A stretch of DNA of 64,000 bases from Raillietiella orientalis (Eukaryota): NCBI GenBank assembly GCA_036172245.1, contig JAYWIR010000035.1, positions 1-64,000 on the forward strand, read 5' to 3'. The notes beneath the pieces were generated by a model, which saw only the letters and a program-made list of their open reading frames with translations, was not told the origin of the DNA and made no database searches. Position 1 is the first letter of the stretch, and the number at the start of each line of letters is the position of its first letter. Shown here one piece after another: positions 39,817 to 53,157 of the stretch. Both the position numbers and the translations under genes were made by a program.

Positions 39817-42800
39817 CATGAGAGCATGCTTCAAATGGGATTCGTCCCAGTATGAGAACACTTGGAGAAGACCACTGCTATCGTCTTTGTGTTGCATTGT
39901 TTGCAGTTGGCCAATACAGCATGGTCAGTGTTCCAGTGTGCGTAGTTTGTCTCACTTGTACTAGGACACTCCAGCATTATCCTTTTTTCTTTTTTTCGAG
40001 TGCAGTTATTTCGTCGGAAGCGCAGTCTCGTTTAGAAATGGCCGTTGCCCAAGGAAGTCCCGCATGATGGGAAGCTTCCAGACACTGGAATTCGGCATCG
40101 AGAGAGAAACCTGATTCAGGAGACATTCTTCTCCTTGGCTAAAGTCAAGGAGTTCAGTTCAGTTCAGAGGATGAGTAGAGAGTGCCAGGGGCGCTCTGCA
40201 GCATGGACTGCGGCGAAATCAAACCTGCTTGAAGCTAGGAACAGCGAGTAGCAGATTGCTTCTCAGTTGATCCAAGGATGGATAAACCTCCATCTCTTCC
40301 TCGTAACTGAAATTCTTCTCTTCTTTGCTTAGGGAAGAGATGACAACAATTTCCCGTCTCTCGTGTTGTTGCTTCTTCTTCGAAACATCTGCTGCATCCT
40401 GAGCGCTGAAACTTCAGCATAGCGATCTCTGAGAGTACCTTCCCCCGGAAAGTTCCCTCATAATCGTCTTTGCCTTCCAGGTGTGCGACTTCTACAAATT
40501 TATCTGAGATCTCCGTCTCCTCCACTGCTCCCGTTCGGAGAAGGAATGCAGTGTTCCTGCCGCATGTCTCGAATACCAGCACTCAGCTGCTCACTCTTCC
40601 CTCACTAACATCTCACCTCTTCCAAGGGCATCTTAACAGTCCTGCATTCGAAATCTTGTTTTGTAGGTTCTTGGTGCGCACCTGTCCATGGGAACACAAA
40701 GACATGGGACTTACTGTCCACCTTTTTTCCCTATTCAAAAGGAAGTGTGATCGAAATCGACTGTCCTTGTTTTTTTTTTTTTTGTTTTTTTTTATCACAA
40801 CTGTCTCCTTCGTCACGTATCGGCTTATGCTTGGGCTTCCTCAGGCTCAGTTTTCTGCTCTCAGGTTCACCATAACTTAGTGCCACCGTGGTATCCCATT
40901 AGAATGTCCCCTCTTTAGTTCCGTGGGTTTCTGATACCCTCGTGTATCCAGGTCATTCTGGATCTTCGCGGAGAAGGAGATCGAGTTCGGGATCTCAGTG
41001 CTTGAAACCGTCATGTTCAAATATGTTCCCCAACAGAATGATCGAACTCATTCCAGTTGTCGCAAGTGCCTCTGTTTCAAAGAAGGAACACTTCAGAGTA
41101 AGGCCATGACGGTGCTAAGTTACGGAAAACATGACAGCGGAAAACATGAATACATAAACTGCATTTTTTTCTTTGAACTCAAGTTCACAGGAAAGCTCTA
41201 ATTCGTGTTTTAGATCTCGAAATAAATGTGTTCGTTTACTGCAGTCTCAGCTTGAGGTCATGACTTGCTGAAGATCACTTGTCAGTTTTTGCTGATTGGG
41301 AAGAAACCTGCAGGCAGTCTCTTTTCTCACCTGTTCCTGTGCATCCTGAAGCACGCAAAAGCAAGGAATAAATGGATGATGCATTCAAAATCTGAGCTTA
41401 CTTGGAATTCCTCGAGATGCGTCAAGAGAGTCGGGACAGATACTATTTCGGCTTGTAGCTGATTTGGCTGGAGCTGGAAAATGCACATTCATTTTTTTTT
41501 TTTTTTTTTTCAAGTACGACTGGAATTTTTTTTTCAAATGGAAAAAAGTTCCATTCAGTCGAAGTAGACCGAGATAAGATCTTCGAAAATTGCGCCGCAC
41601 TTTGCGCGTTCACGGTCGCTCTTCGCCGCCGCAAGGTCGGCCGAGTCTTTGCTCCTCCGTACGTTCCCGTCGTAGTACACGCAGCTGCGGCGTCACGTCG
41701 ATCCCTGGGACTCGTTCGTGTACCCCCTCGTTGGGAAACTGTATTTCTGCTGATGCGGGGAAGAGTCACGGTTGCCGTTTCCGGACCGGACCTGCCTCTC
41801 TGGAACCGGTTGCTTATCCGGGCCCCACGGTCTCGAGCTTGGGGCTTCCACGGCGTGAGAGCTGCGTGACTCGGCGGCACAGTGGGAACTTTCTCGGTAC
41901 ACCCGCGCGTACTCGCAACGAGGTGCTGCGTGTCGTGGAGTGCACGTCGGCGGTCGCAGCAGGAACCGGAAGTTTCATCCACTGCCCTGGGTCGCACTCA
42001 CCCACCCCGATGGCCATACGACTATTCAAGTAAGAGGAACGAAACCCCGTGTAATTGGGCGTTTTAACAGCAAAGTGCATTGCACACGGGAAAAAAAACA
42101 AAGCGAAATTCCATACGGTACTCGGTCGCAAGAAGCAAAAGTGATTTCGAAATGGAAGCAAAGGAGTTTAAAAACTTCCTTTTGCAGGCTTGATCGTAGG
42201 AAGATGTGAGATTTGTAACCCATGCCTTCGGAATAACGGAAGGAGCGGTAGGCAAAATCACGCGTTTTTTTTTTTTTTTCTTCCGTAAACTTTTGCTGAT
42301 GCGCACCTACGTGTATGGAATGAATCCTTTTGTCGACCTGCGTAGCGCCCGCATCGTGGCCTCCGGCTCTTGCCGCACATCCGCAGCGGCTCGTCTCATT
42401 CCTGCCATGCTCTAATTTAGCATGCAAAATCCCTTACCGCTTTTCTAATGCGCTCGAAAGCTCCCTTACCTCGCATTCGCCAACCGTCACGATTTTTTAT
42501 TCCTTTCGAGTTTTTCGACAAAAAAGTGATGCACGTTTTCTCATCCTGACCCTTGCATGTGCTTCCTTTCGCATCTACTGATCCATCTACCGTTCTCTGC
42601 CCCTGCTTTCATAATTTCTGTGCGGTCGCGGTCACATTTGCGATCCCAGCGGAAAGATGTCATTCCGAGACTCAGAGCATTCAGTGCAGTTCAGTAATAG
42701 CTGGAAGGCAACCAACTGCGAAGAAACCTGGCATTTCGACCACATGGTACAACTAGGAAGCCGTTAAACGAAATGTTCGATGGTACGAGGAAGACTCAAT

Positions 42801-43508
42801 AATCCAGAGATCTCACCCGTAACGAACAGATGTGATCAGCTGCGTGAGGAAGGTGTTTTGGATTCAGCATACCTGGAACCGTGACGTCATGCCATGCACG
42901 AGAATGCAACGGGTGCCGGGAAGAGTCCAAGGGAACTGCAGCGGCATACCGTCGCAAGACAGAGTGGAGCAGATCTCAGGGAAGGGGGGAGAGAGGAGGA
43001 AGGGGATATTTGGAGATATTTAGATTTTTGGAGAATCAGGTCATCATGTTTGCAACCAAAGGTGATTCCGTTATTCATGACCCCGTCAGGCATGTGAGCA
43101 TAAGGGATCTCCGAGAAAATCACGTTTTTCCTTTTTTCCTCGCATGGAGGTTTTTTGCCGTTTGGATGGTCCATATTTCTGCACGTTTATGTAAGGCATC
43201 AGAAAGAGCTGCGAGCAAAAGGAAGCACAAAGTCTGGAAAGCAATCATCCGCATGAATCGGAAGAACATAGCAGCAGCAGACATGGGCCAGAAATGAAAT
43301 TCACCTGTAAAGTGAGTTTGAGTGACTTCTTTGGAGAACATGTCGGAAGTATTGTCCACCAAAGGAGTGTACTCTTTACTCTCCCCGTTGTTCCTTGGAC
43401 GTGTCGAACTCTACGAATACAATTGACAAAAACTGATCTATCCATCGGTAAACTTTTCTGCTGGCACGGATCTTGTTACTGGGCGCGTTGCATAAATAGG
43501 TATGAGCG

Positions 43509-46500
43509 ATGAAACGTGTTCACATGCGTGCTCAAACTAGGTCAGTGGTCTTTTTCTCTTGCGCGCTCGTTCGGATCACTTAACACCCTATGTTTTTGTC
43601 TGCTTTCGCGTCTTGTTTACCAGGTTAAAAATGAAAAAAAATCTGGTTTCATCGCACGCGTCTCGGAACCTCTTGCGAATGATTTTGTGGTCATGTTTTG
43701 AGATTGAAAGCATTCATTCCCTTTTAGTCAACTCTCACGAAGTGTCGGGACGATTCTGTTTGATGCACTGGTAGTGTTTCTGGTCATCTCATTCGTTCCC
43801 GGACTTCCTCCTGCAGTGGACTATCCTTATTACAGGTTATTTGAATTTTCTGCTTACACATCAGACGTTTCCCTGCCGGTGACTCCCACCCTCTCTAAGT
43901 TTTCACTGAACCTTTGCTCTTCAGATACGAAAACCCACGCGAATTTGAGGGCCATTTAGCTCCTAACGATGTGTTGAACGTTGGGAGGAAGCTGTTTGAG
44001 GATGAACTTTTTGGTCCGGAGTCTCTTGCCTACCATAATGGTTTTATGTACACCGGGACCGTTGACGGTAAAATTGTCAGGATCGATCCTTCCCGAGAAA
44101 AGTTCGAGGTCCTCGCAACGCTCAACGCCACATCCGGTAAGCATTTTTGTCGCTAAGCATGCGTCTGTTGTGCTTACGGTGAGTGCATCTTTGAATTCCA
44201 TTCCCAGGCTAATGGCTGTGCTCTTAGCCATCCTGAAGTTCAGGAGCCTCCGAAAAGCAAAGCGTGGGCAAATGCGATCGACAGCACCTGAAAGGATGCG
44301 AAAATCGCGTTGACCGGAGTCGCCTTTTACCATTCCAGAACCCCGCGGTCCTCCTTGTGATTGACACACCGCCGCCAAGAGTGTGCAGAAGCGATTGATA
44401 CGCGTGCCGTTGCGAGATCATTTTGAGTTGGAGTTTCCCAAGACAACGCATTCCTTGAGGCGGATCCAGTGCGAGAGCCTAGGATAGCAAAGAGAAAGTC
44501 GAACAGCGGTTTGGTGCTTGGGACGAAGAGCAGACGGGGATCAACGAACTAGATCGGAGCGGCTTTCGTTACCGGGTCAGCTCACAAAAGGAAAAAAAAA
44601 AAAATTGGGCTTGGGCATAACAACGAAGAAGATCGGGTCACTGCACCGGTTCGGCGAATTTCCGTCAGCAGCAATACGGAGTAGGGGGGTTCTACTGCAA
44701 GAAACGCGCCCTCTCAGCACCCAGCAAGCAACACGTGAAAGGGTAAGCTGAATGAATGGAAGGACGGAAGAAACATTCGCAAATATCAGGTATACCTTGG
44801 GAGTCGGCAGAGGCAGTCAGTGGATGGATCGAACTTCGTGGGAAGAGGACGCGATGCATTCGCGAAATCTTTCGCAGAAGATCGCAAGGTCGGGGGCTGA
44901 AAAGAATGGCTCAGCGCAAGAGACTTGTGAGTGGCGGAGTTTTCCCAGTGGAAATGGAAATGGAAGTGCAGCTGAGAACTGGGTGCGACGGGGAATGGAA
45001 GCAACGCATAGGGAGGGAGCTTGGGAACATGTTAATCCAGGGATGTTATCAAATCCCCTGGATGGTTTGACATCTTGAGTGATCTGGCAAGAACCCCGAT
45101 GCAAGAAGAGATTTCTGAAGAATAATTTCGTGTTTTCCTGTGGTGACGTGATAAAGAGGAGGAAATGGTTATTCCGTGGAAACTGCGCGCTGCGTTTTAA
45201 GTGGACACGAAAATTTTGATGAAGACATTCCTGCGTACGTTCATGTCCTCAATTCCCTTCGGTCATTCAAACCATTCCGATAATTTAAACAGCACGCTGA
45301 AAAAATCGGCTGGAAAAAAAAATGCAAAGTGGTGAAAATGGGAATCGACAGGAGCCAACGCTTTACTAAGTGCACCTGGTGGTGGTCAAGAAAGGTCACC
45401 AGGAAGCCGTGTCTCGGGAAACTGAGTTGTTAGTTGTGGAAGCAAACTTCTCTTAACAGCGCACTTCGCTTGCAAATGATGTTTAGTCCCGCTCGTGCTC
45501 TTATACTAATCTTTCGCGATTTTCTAGCTATTTCTTGGCTAAACCCTTTTCGTTCTCTCGCTCTCATTGCCTTGAAATTCGCGAGGTGACCAGCATACCG
45601 GAGCCTCGATGCAACGCGCAAAAGTTTCTGTACAGAAATGAAGCTGAAGGAACTGTAATGTCTCCTAACATCGAAACGGGTTCCATTCGAAAGATGCTTG
45701 AGAATGAAGCTTGTGAAACAAGGGAAGAGCAACAATTCAGATGCTGTACGCATATTTGTTCCTTACTTTTTTGCTTTTAATGGGAGCATATCAAAACCAA
45801 CTCACCAGTGTAGTGATGCTAATCGTATTAAGATTCATGTTGATCAGTTTGAGCAGAGCAAAGCAACTTCTCTGAAAACATCCAACCATTATAAGTGACT
45901 TGGTTAATTCATATGCCAATTGGTTAGCCATAATAAATCAGGTCAGAATGTGCACTAGATCCCGGAGCAGAATCCTCTGGACAAGATTTATGTACGGAAA
46001 TCCAAGTTGAATCCATTTTTTGAAAGCAGAGGAAGAGAAATGGAAAAGATAACAGAAAGACGAAAAGCACTGTCCCTCAAGCGTTCCAGTTATCCCTGCT
46101 GTCAATCATTGCACGAGGCTGACATCGGTGTTCCCTTTAAATGGGTGCCCACACACTCTAAATCCACCTAGCTAGTTAAATTTGTGCCTGTGCTTACGAC
46201 TTCTAACGATTGCAAATGATAGTGTCAGAGAAATCAAATAATACTTGACCATTCTTGACCACAGATATTGTGATTCTCTGAGATCCGTTCTAGTGAAATC
46301 AAAACTGCTCGAAGACGGCGGATGGCGGTGCAAATAGGAGTCCCGCGTAATCGGACCATAAAAGTGAGGGTCACCCTGGCATTGGAGATTCTTCAGTATT
46401 GTCCGCGTCGGAGGTCGTGCGGTTGCGGCGGTATCCGCGCGTTTCACCATGCGTCGTGGGTTCGAATACTCCGAAAGGAATCCACGAAGTGCGTCGTGGG

Positions 46501-49399
46501 TTCCGAGTTCATCCCGCCAGATAAGTCTGCTTGGCCTGCATTCATCCGGGTGCGGCACTGGTAGGTGCTCAAACGGGATAACCCCGATGAGCGCCGCAAC
46601 CAACGGGAGTCGACCTCCGGGTCCTTCCAGGAATCACGGAGTGGGAGCTCCCCTCCGGTTATGAAGGGGCGGATCCTCCCCAATCCTCGGGGACCCTCCA
46701 AGTCGTACTGATGGAGTCGTACTGATGCTGTGTCTCCACCACCTCTCCAGAGAGTGCAGAGAAGCGAGCCGATCCCTTCGGGGATGTGTCCTTCTGAATT
46801 ACGGAAGCGTCCCTTCGAGGATCTCTTCAGAGGAGTAAAAACAGGAGCGGATCTCTTGCGGGGGATCCCTCCGGAGAAGAAATTCCTACTAGTGGATCCT
46901 TTCCCGTTTCCCTTCAGAGAAGAAATAATGGAGTCGACTCCCCGGGGGTCCTCCGGAGAGAATAAGGAAGGAGATTCCTTTCGGGATTCTCATTCGGAGA
47001 GAACCAGGGTGAACGTGATCTCCATTTCCGGGGACCCTCCCCAGGCGTGAGAGGAGCGGACTCCCGAGTCCTTCCTGGATTCATGGGGTGGACCCCTCCA
47101 GGGTACCCCCTATCTCGAAGAAATACCCACCCTCGGGTGGCGTGGAAACGTGTCGAAGATCTGCGAAGACAGAAAAGGATTTCCATCATGAGACAGAGAG
47201 ATAGTGCGAACACTATTAAAGCTCTGGAAATGCCATCCACTTCAGCACTTATCTGTGAGGAAAATAACAGCCATTGCTTACTACATAAGCAAACAAGAGA
47301 GGATTTGCGAGCTGGAAACACGCGCTTCGAATCAGTGCGAAACAGGAGCACTCGTTGTTAGGCATATGTCAGACTCTTGCATCTCAGAATAGTTTTTCAG
47401 TTAGGCTAGCTTCAGAGTTTCCAAGGACTTAATGATGTCTTGTAGCGATGTACGATTCTAAGGCAAGAGGAGCGTTTCTCATTTTACAAGGAGTGCAAGA
47501 CATGATGTTTACTTAGAATACCATACACATCAGTGCTGCAGTGCCACGTACGGCACTGCAGCACTGATGTGGATCCAGCTCGTCTTACTCAGGATAAAGG
47601 GTCCAACAAATGCAAAAAGGTTTTGCTTGAAAATCTGTGCGGGATTCCCAGAGTGAAGAATTCAAGGTCACTTCTTCGAGGATCATAAGACAGTGTCTAC
47701 ATACGTGTTAGGTAGACGTGAAATGGGGAAGCTGCTGGCGTGGAGAATAAACTCAGAAAGCATCATGGCTTGCCATGGATTTTTCAAATGCTACCTCACT
47801 TTAGTCTCCTCCGAGAGATCATTTAGGATTCTTAGAGTGCCAATTAAACTCAAAGAAATTCTATAAATCTGTCAGTTCTGTACCAAGTTTGTCCGCATTG
47901 CCCACCCGCAAAGAACAGAACGTAATGTAGGATGACAAACGTGAGCTTTGTTCCCACAGCTCGACTGTGCTAACATTTCATCTATAACAGGTCACTTGCT
48001 ACCCGGTCGCCCTCTTGGCTTGAGGATGAGAGATGACGGTAAATTATTCATAGCTGACGCAAACTGGGGAATATATGTCCTCGATGTTCATGCACGTAAG
48101 TAGGCAAGGGTCTTCGAATAGCACGTTTCAATGTCGAATAGCAAAAGCTGAACTGGAGCTTTTAATCAGCACTGATGACGTGATAGCCGGTAAAAGACCA
48201 CGCATTCCCAATTCACTTGACATAGAAGGGGACGTGATATACTGGACGGATTCCAGCACCACTTCTATTCTAGATGAATCAGTGATTGAACTTCTGGGGC
48301 ATCCAAGTGGAAGGTCATCGTTCTCGTTTGAACCTTACCGTGGCTAAATGCATTGCAGGGTTTTGGCGTACGATTTCGTTAAAGATGAGCACACGGTTAT
48401 TGATGAAGGCTTGCATTTTCCCAATGGCCTCCAACTATCACCAAATAAAGGGTTTTTGGTCGTAACAGAGACATTTCCAAGACGTTTGTTGAAGTGAGTA
48501 TGATAGTTTCAGCTTATTATTAGAAAGGCTCGGAATGCAGATCACTCGTTTTGTCTTGAGGGATGCTAGAGTTCAGCTTCGAAAGAAGTCAGCAGTTAGA
48601 TTTTCATAAATTCAGGGAAAAACATTGTGCGGTATACAGAATAACGATTCATGTACTAATAATGCACACGTGTGTAAAGTTTTTAATGGCATTTATTTTA
48701 GGTCAGGTTAGAGTGCATAAATGCTGTTATAAGATTGATTTGCAATGCATTCACAGTACTTCTTGTTTCAATTGCCTAGATATACCCTAAATAAAGGAAA
48801 AGTTGGCCCCAGAGAAGTTTTTGTGGATACTCTTCCCGGCTATCCTGATAACGTAAAGTTAACACCTCGGAATACCTTCATGGTGGGAATAGTCGCAATA
48901 GGAATCTCAAATGCTACTAGCATCGTGGACCTCCTTGGACAGTTGCCGCTTCTTCGGCGTTTCGTTCTGCGTAGCCTGTGCCTGATAAAATATTTTTTTG
49001 ATTATCTAAACTGGGTGATACCAAGTCCATTTTTGAAAAGCTTATCTGAAATGGTATGATTTTATTTGGAAGTACATTTCTTTAGCACTCTTAAAGCCCC
49101 TGAATCTGAAAACATTGAGCAAGTACGGTGGCTTTAAGCGATATGGTCTCCTGATAGAAGTCGACGAAGAGGGAAAAATAATCAAAAGCTATCACAGCAC
49201 AAATGGTAAGGCATCATCTTTCTGTGAAGGCTTGGAAGTCGATGATAACTTGTACATTGGTTCACCCTACAATAACTACATCTGGATGGTTCCAAAAGGT
49301 GGGACTGCAAGTGATTCAGTATATTGGGTAGCGTTTTTTTTTGTGTGTTTTTCAGACAGAATCTCATCTCCGAACGCACAAAATTCATTCACTCAGTAA
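43509..49399 (+). CDS. APMAP: Adipocyte plasma membrane-associated protein / hemomucin-like (strictosidine synthase-like beta-propeller)
   Basis: Exons 43509-43540 (tentative), 43728-43835, 43925-44136, 47991-48095, 48142-48313, 48359-48493, 48780-49053, 49097-49399 (the last may contain an in-frame 57-nt intron). Motifs: TM segment plus VPGLPP, GPES, YTGTVDGKIV, GRPLGLR, IYWTDSS, LHFPNGLQLS, LPGYPDNV, LYIGSPYNNYI. Confidence 0.9.
44740..45000 (+). mobile_element. Possible LINE (RTE/L2-like) post-RT fragment inside APMAP intron
   Basis: Frame reading KYQVYLGS...GRGRDAFAK resembles the KYLG...A..AF.K segment of LINE RTs. Confidence 0.25.
46400..47171 (+). mobile_element. 772-bp solo-LTR-like element with tRNA-like head, copy B (in APMAP intron 3)
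   Basis: TGTC...GACA termini. B-box-like gtcgtgGGTTCGAAtac near the 5' end. Near-identical to copy A. Confidence 0.75.
47526..47571. repeat. Perfect 20-bp-stem hairpin
   Basis: cacatcagtgctgcagtgcc-acgtac-ggcactgcagcactgatgtg. Confidence 0.9.
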
Positions 49400-49648
49400 A
49401 GTTCCCATCTTCCATGAAAATTTGTTTTCTACATCCACTTAGCCTCTTTTCTAATTCAGGATAAAAATTTAAAAAGTTTGGGAAACTGATGTAACTTGTA
49501 AAAAGGGATGCAAATCGTGGAGAATGAGATTTCATATCACAATTTGCTCTTGTTTTGCGTTGTCTCCCATCCCACTAAGGCAAACAACTATTATACCGTT
49601 TTCATTATCAAAGTTTTGCTTGATGGTTTAAGATACTCCAATAAAATC

Positions 49649-52600
49649 CTAAATAAGGTTTTCATTCTTTTTCAAAGGCACATCATCAATTAATATTCCT
49701 TGTGACTTTGATGGCATGCTTCTTGCTCGTGTCTGTTGGCTTACAGAAAGTTTCACTTTCCCAGGAAAGTTTCTGGATAAATCTTGGTCTTTGGTGGATT
49801 TTAACAGATCCCGTTCTCGACTGGAAGTAGCACGGTCATTCACAAACATGTTCAAAGCAGTTTTAGCCGCCTTCCCACGGCGTGCATTTCCTGGAATCAT
49901 CTTCACTTTATACCTACAATAAAGATATTAGAACAAGGATAATGCTTTTATAACTCACTTGTAATTCAAAAGTACAGAATAGGGTGCACATACAGGAACA
50001 GCAAATAGAAGTTCATCTTCAGGTAGAGGCATTCCTGTTAATGTTTTTAGCAAATCATGATTTGCTGCAAACTGTTCCTCTGGTGCAGCAACATCTTCAT
50101 TCAGAGGGACCTCATGTTTTGCAGAGTGAATCTCATTAGGAGCATCCCTAGTCACATTTTGTGAAACTCCACTCTTCTTTACTGTTTGATTTGACTTTAC
50201 TGCTTTTTTGTTTTTCTTCTTTTCTTTTTTAGATGAGGAAGAATGCAGCAACGACATTCTCAGAAGACGCTCCTCTTCATCCTGGTGCCGATATTTCTCA
50301 CGAATCTTCTTCAACTTACTCTTCTGTCCTCTCTTCATTTCAGAGGACTGAGCATTCTCAGCACGTAACTGCTTATTCACATGGACGTGATCTTTCTTTT
50401 CCGTAACTTGTGCTTTTTGCGTTCTGGTTTGTGTCTTCTTTTTAGGTATTACGTTTTCTCCAATAATGGTAAATTCTTCTTCTTGACCTAAGTGCTCCGC
50501 TGCAATTTTCGAAAATCCTATGGAGATTTGTCCCGCGTCACCAATTTCAATTTTCATTTGGGTGTCAGGAAATGCTTCTGCAGTATCCTCTAATGATTCA
50601 TCACTGCTGGAACTAACTTCTACTTCTGCTTCTTCATGAATATCAGAGGTTTCGTGGTCATTGCTCAATTGCTGGTCTTTACATTGACGTTCTCCCTGAT
50701 GTCTGCAAATTGAAGATTCCTCTAACCTGAAGAGAAAACCAAATCCAAAAATCAACGGGCATGGTGGCAGGTAATTTTTGCGACCACGGATCATGAAACT
50801 GCCAGTAGTCAAATATTCTCCAGTAGGCGCACTTTTGGATACCTGATGAGCCAACACCCACCAAGCACTGGCAATGACTTTTGCTTCCCAAGCTGCACTG
50901 CATTCAAATGTGTACTCAGATAATATGCATTGAATTTACCTGTAGCAAAGTGCCATTACACCAGCCTCGTTCAAGGTTTTAGGGGGTACAGGTCCATCCA
51001 AATGATTTTTGATGATAATACTACTGCCACCATGCATATCAGCATGCACATAGATATCAGCCTGCTTCAGATACCGTCTGACCAGCATCTCGTTTTGCTG
51101 CTGATCCCTACCTCCAATAACTGCATCCCAGTTGCAATGCTATGTGGCTTCCCAGTGCTCACCCAGGTAATTCTCTGAACTGATGAACCAGTGGAATTTC
51201 TCAAACCAGAAAATCCGACGTGCTTTATGAATACTAGCAACAGTATGAACTTCTTTAACTGCCTTCCATATCTTTTGTTCTGCTGAATGCAAAGCTTTAG
51301 ATGATGCCTCTTTCGTTTTTTGCTCTTTAAGAGTTGCCTGACGGCGCATTTCATAGTAATGCTTGGCATTGGCATGTGCAGTAAGACTGAGATCTACATG
51401 GATCGACAAAGGTGCTGCTTCTTCATCATAAGGATTTCTACAAGTAGTAAAAAGTTAAAGAGTTTTGAAATGAGAATTTAACACCTTACTTGAGAAGCAT
51501 AACAACATGGTTGATATCTAGACGGAGTTCTTGAATAGACAAAGCTACTGCATCTTGCCGGGCTTGTGCTTCTGCTATAATATCCTGCACCTCTTGCCAG
51601 GCTAATTGATTAGCCAGAGCACTGTTAATTACTAAGCACGCTTTATCAACAACTGCCTGATTCATGATCACGTATTCAGCTTTCTGCAAGTACACCTCCT
51701 GAACTTCATGAAGTTGCTGTTGTCTCTGATTCTGATCCATCCGAATCTGATCCAGCTTACGAAGAAGTTCTTTTTCTTGATTTAGTGCTTGCAAGTCATG
51801 CTTTTGACTTTCTATACATGAAAAGAATTCATCAACTGCATGAAGGAAGGAAGGATGTTGACTAAAGGGGCATTGAGAGTGTTGCAGCAAAAGTATTGGA
51901 TGAAACTCTATAAAAGTAGTCAAGGTATCTGATGTGCCATCAGGCTTTGTTTGGTGATCCAATTTTTCCAAGATAAAACCCTACATGCATCCAAATATCT
52001 GTGTCTCTTTTCGTTACCTGGCAAGGTTCTTTTACTGCCTGATTAAGCAATGCATATGATTCTTGTAGACCACCAACAAGCTTTTGCACATCAGAATCAG
52101 TTAAACAGAAATCTTTGCCAATTTTAGCATTCTTGGAATACCCAGCACTAAGTAATGCATGTTCTATAAGAGCAGGCCCATAGTCTACAATTTGAATATA
52201 TAAATCAAATCAAAAAACAATAACATTACCTGTATTGGGAAGGAGACTTTTTTTCAATGGATCTCCTTCTTTGGCTTTGCATAAAATATCATATAATTCT
52301 GCACTACTTAAACATTTTTGTGCAGGTTTTATTTTCTCCAAAGGATACTTTTCACGCACAAGAAACTTCTGATCTTCTCCATGTTTCCTAGGTCTCAAAA
52401 CATTCAGTATAACATATTCGTGGTCAGTAAGAACGATATTTCCCCGATCATAGAGCTCTAGTACAACATGACAAGCAACGGGTCCTGATCCAAAAGTTAC
52501 ATCTATAATGCGATCGGTTCCGAGCTGATGTATTTGCTCCAAACGTTTGTTTTTCAAATGTTTTCTCATCTAGTAATGCTTGATACTAGTTAAGGTCCAA

Positions 52601-53157
52601 ACATATTTTCAAATTAAATAAACATCAAGCAAAATTATTAAGATCACAAAATTTAGTTAAAAACTTAATTTGCTATTTCTTTTTTACCTTCATTGTGAAG
52701 CTGGAAGGTGCAACATTTTTGGGCCATTCATAATGGGTCGTATGGATACGACTCCCCGATTCCAAAAGTATGACTACCTTTTCATTTTCTCGCCCCAATT
52801 TGAAAAGATAAATACGTTGATTAACATCGTATACTTGGACTACTCGCATTCCAAGGTATCTATGTTGAATTAAATAGAAGACATAAATTTCCCTTAAAAT
52901 GTATTTCTTTATTTTCATTAACATGCAATCTAAATCAACATTTATGTGCTCGTTCTCCACAAAGCATTTTTTATTTTCAAATTGCACTACACACGTAAGA
53001 AATTTGCCCAATCTATCTGCACCACCGGTCTAATGCAACACCAGATAATGTAATTTATCAATAAGATTAATTTGATCATAAAATCCATGGGTACCTACTT
53101 TGATCTTATCTCGCTTACAGCAGCAGCACAATCAAGAGAAGTAAATCTTGTCTTCAT
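49649..53157 (-). CDS. NEMF: Ribosome quality control complex subunit NEMF (Caliban/Rqc2)
   Basis: Exons 53157-53099, 52859-52688, 52569-52230, 52184-52018, 51980-51490, 51437-51163, 51120-50940, 50897-49959, 49913-49649. Motifs [80 protein letters not shown]...YKYKVK. Confidence 0.97.

Noticed and set aside
40100..40600. Possible hAT C-terminus (AAERPW)
   Set aside because: A single weak motif without ordered support.
41443..42161. GC-rich ORFs on both strands upstream of APMAP
   Set aside because: No recognisable homology or consistent exon structure.
46410..46480. Functional tRNA gene
   Set aside because: Only box-like motifs are present. No convincing cloverleaf, and it is embedded in a repeat.
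24514..47171. The two 772-bp copies as ends of one giant element, or of an inversion
   Set aside because: They are inverted rather than direct, enclose host genes, and the flanks show no matching or swapped TSDs.
47290..47360. GFASWKHAL motif resembling a ZMYM1/TTF-type hAT zinc finger
   Set aside because: An isolated motif, too little to call an element.
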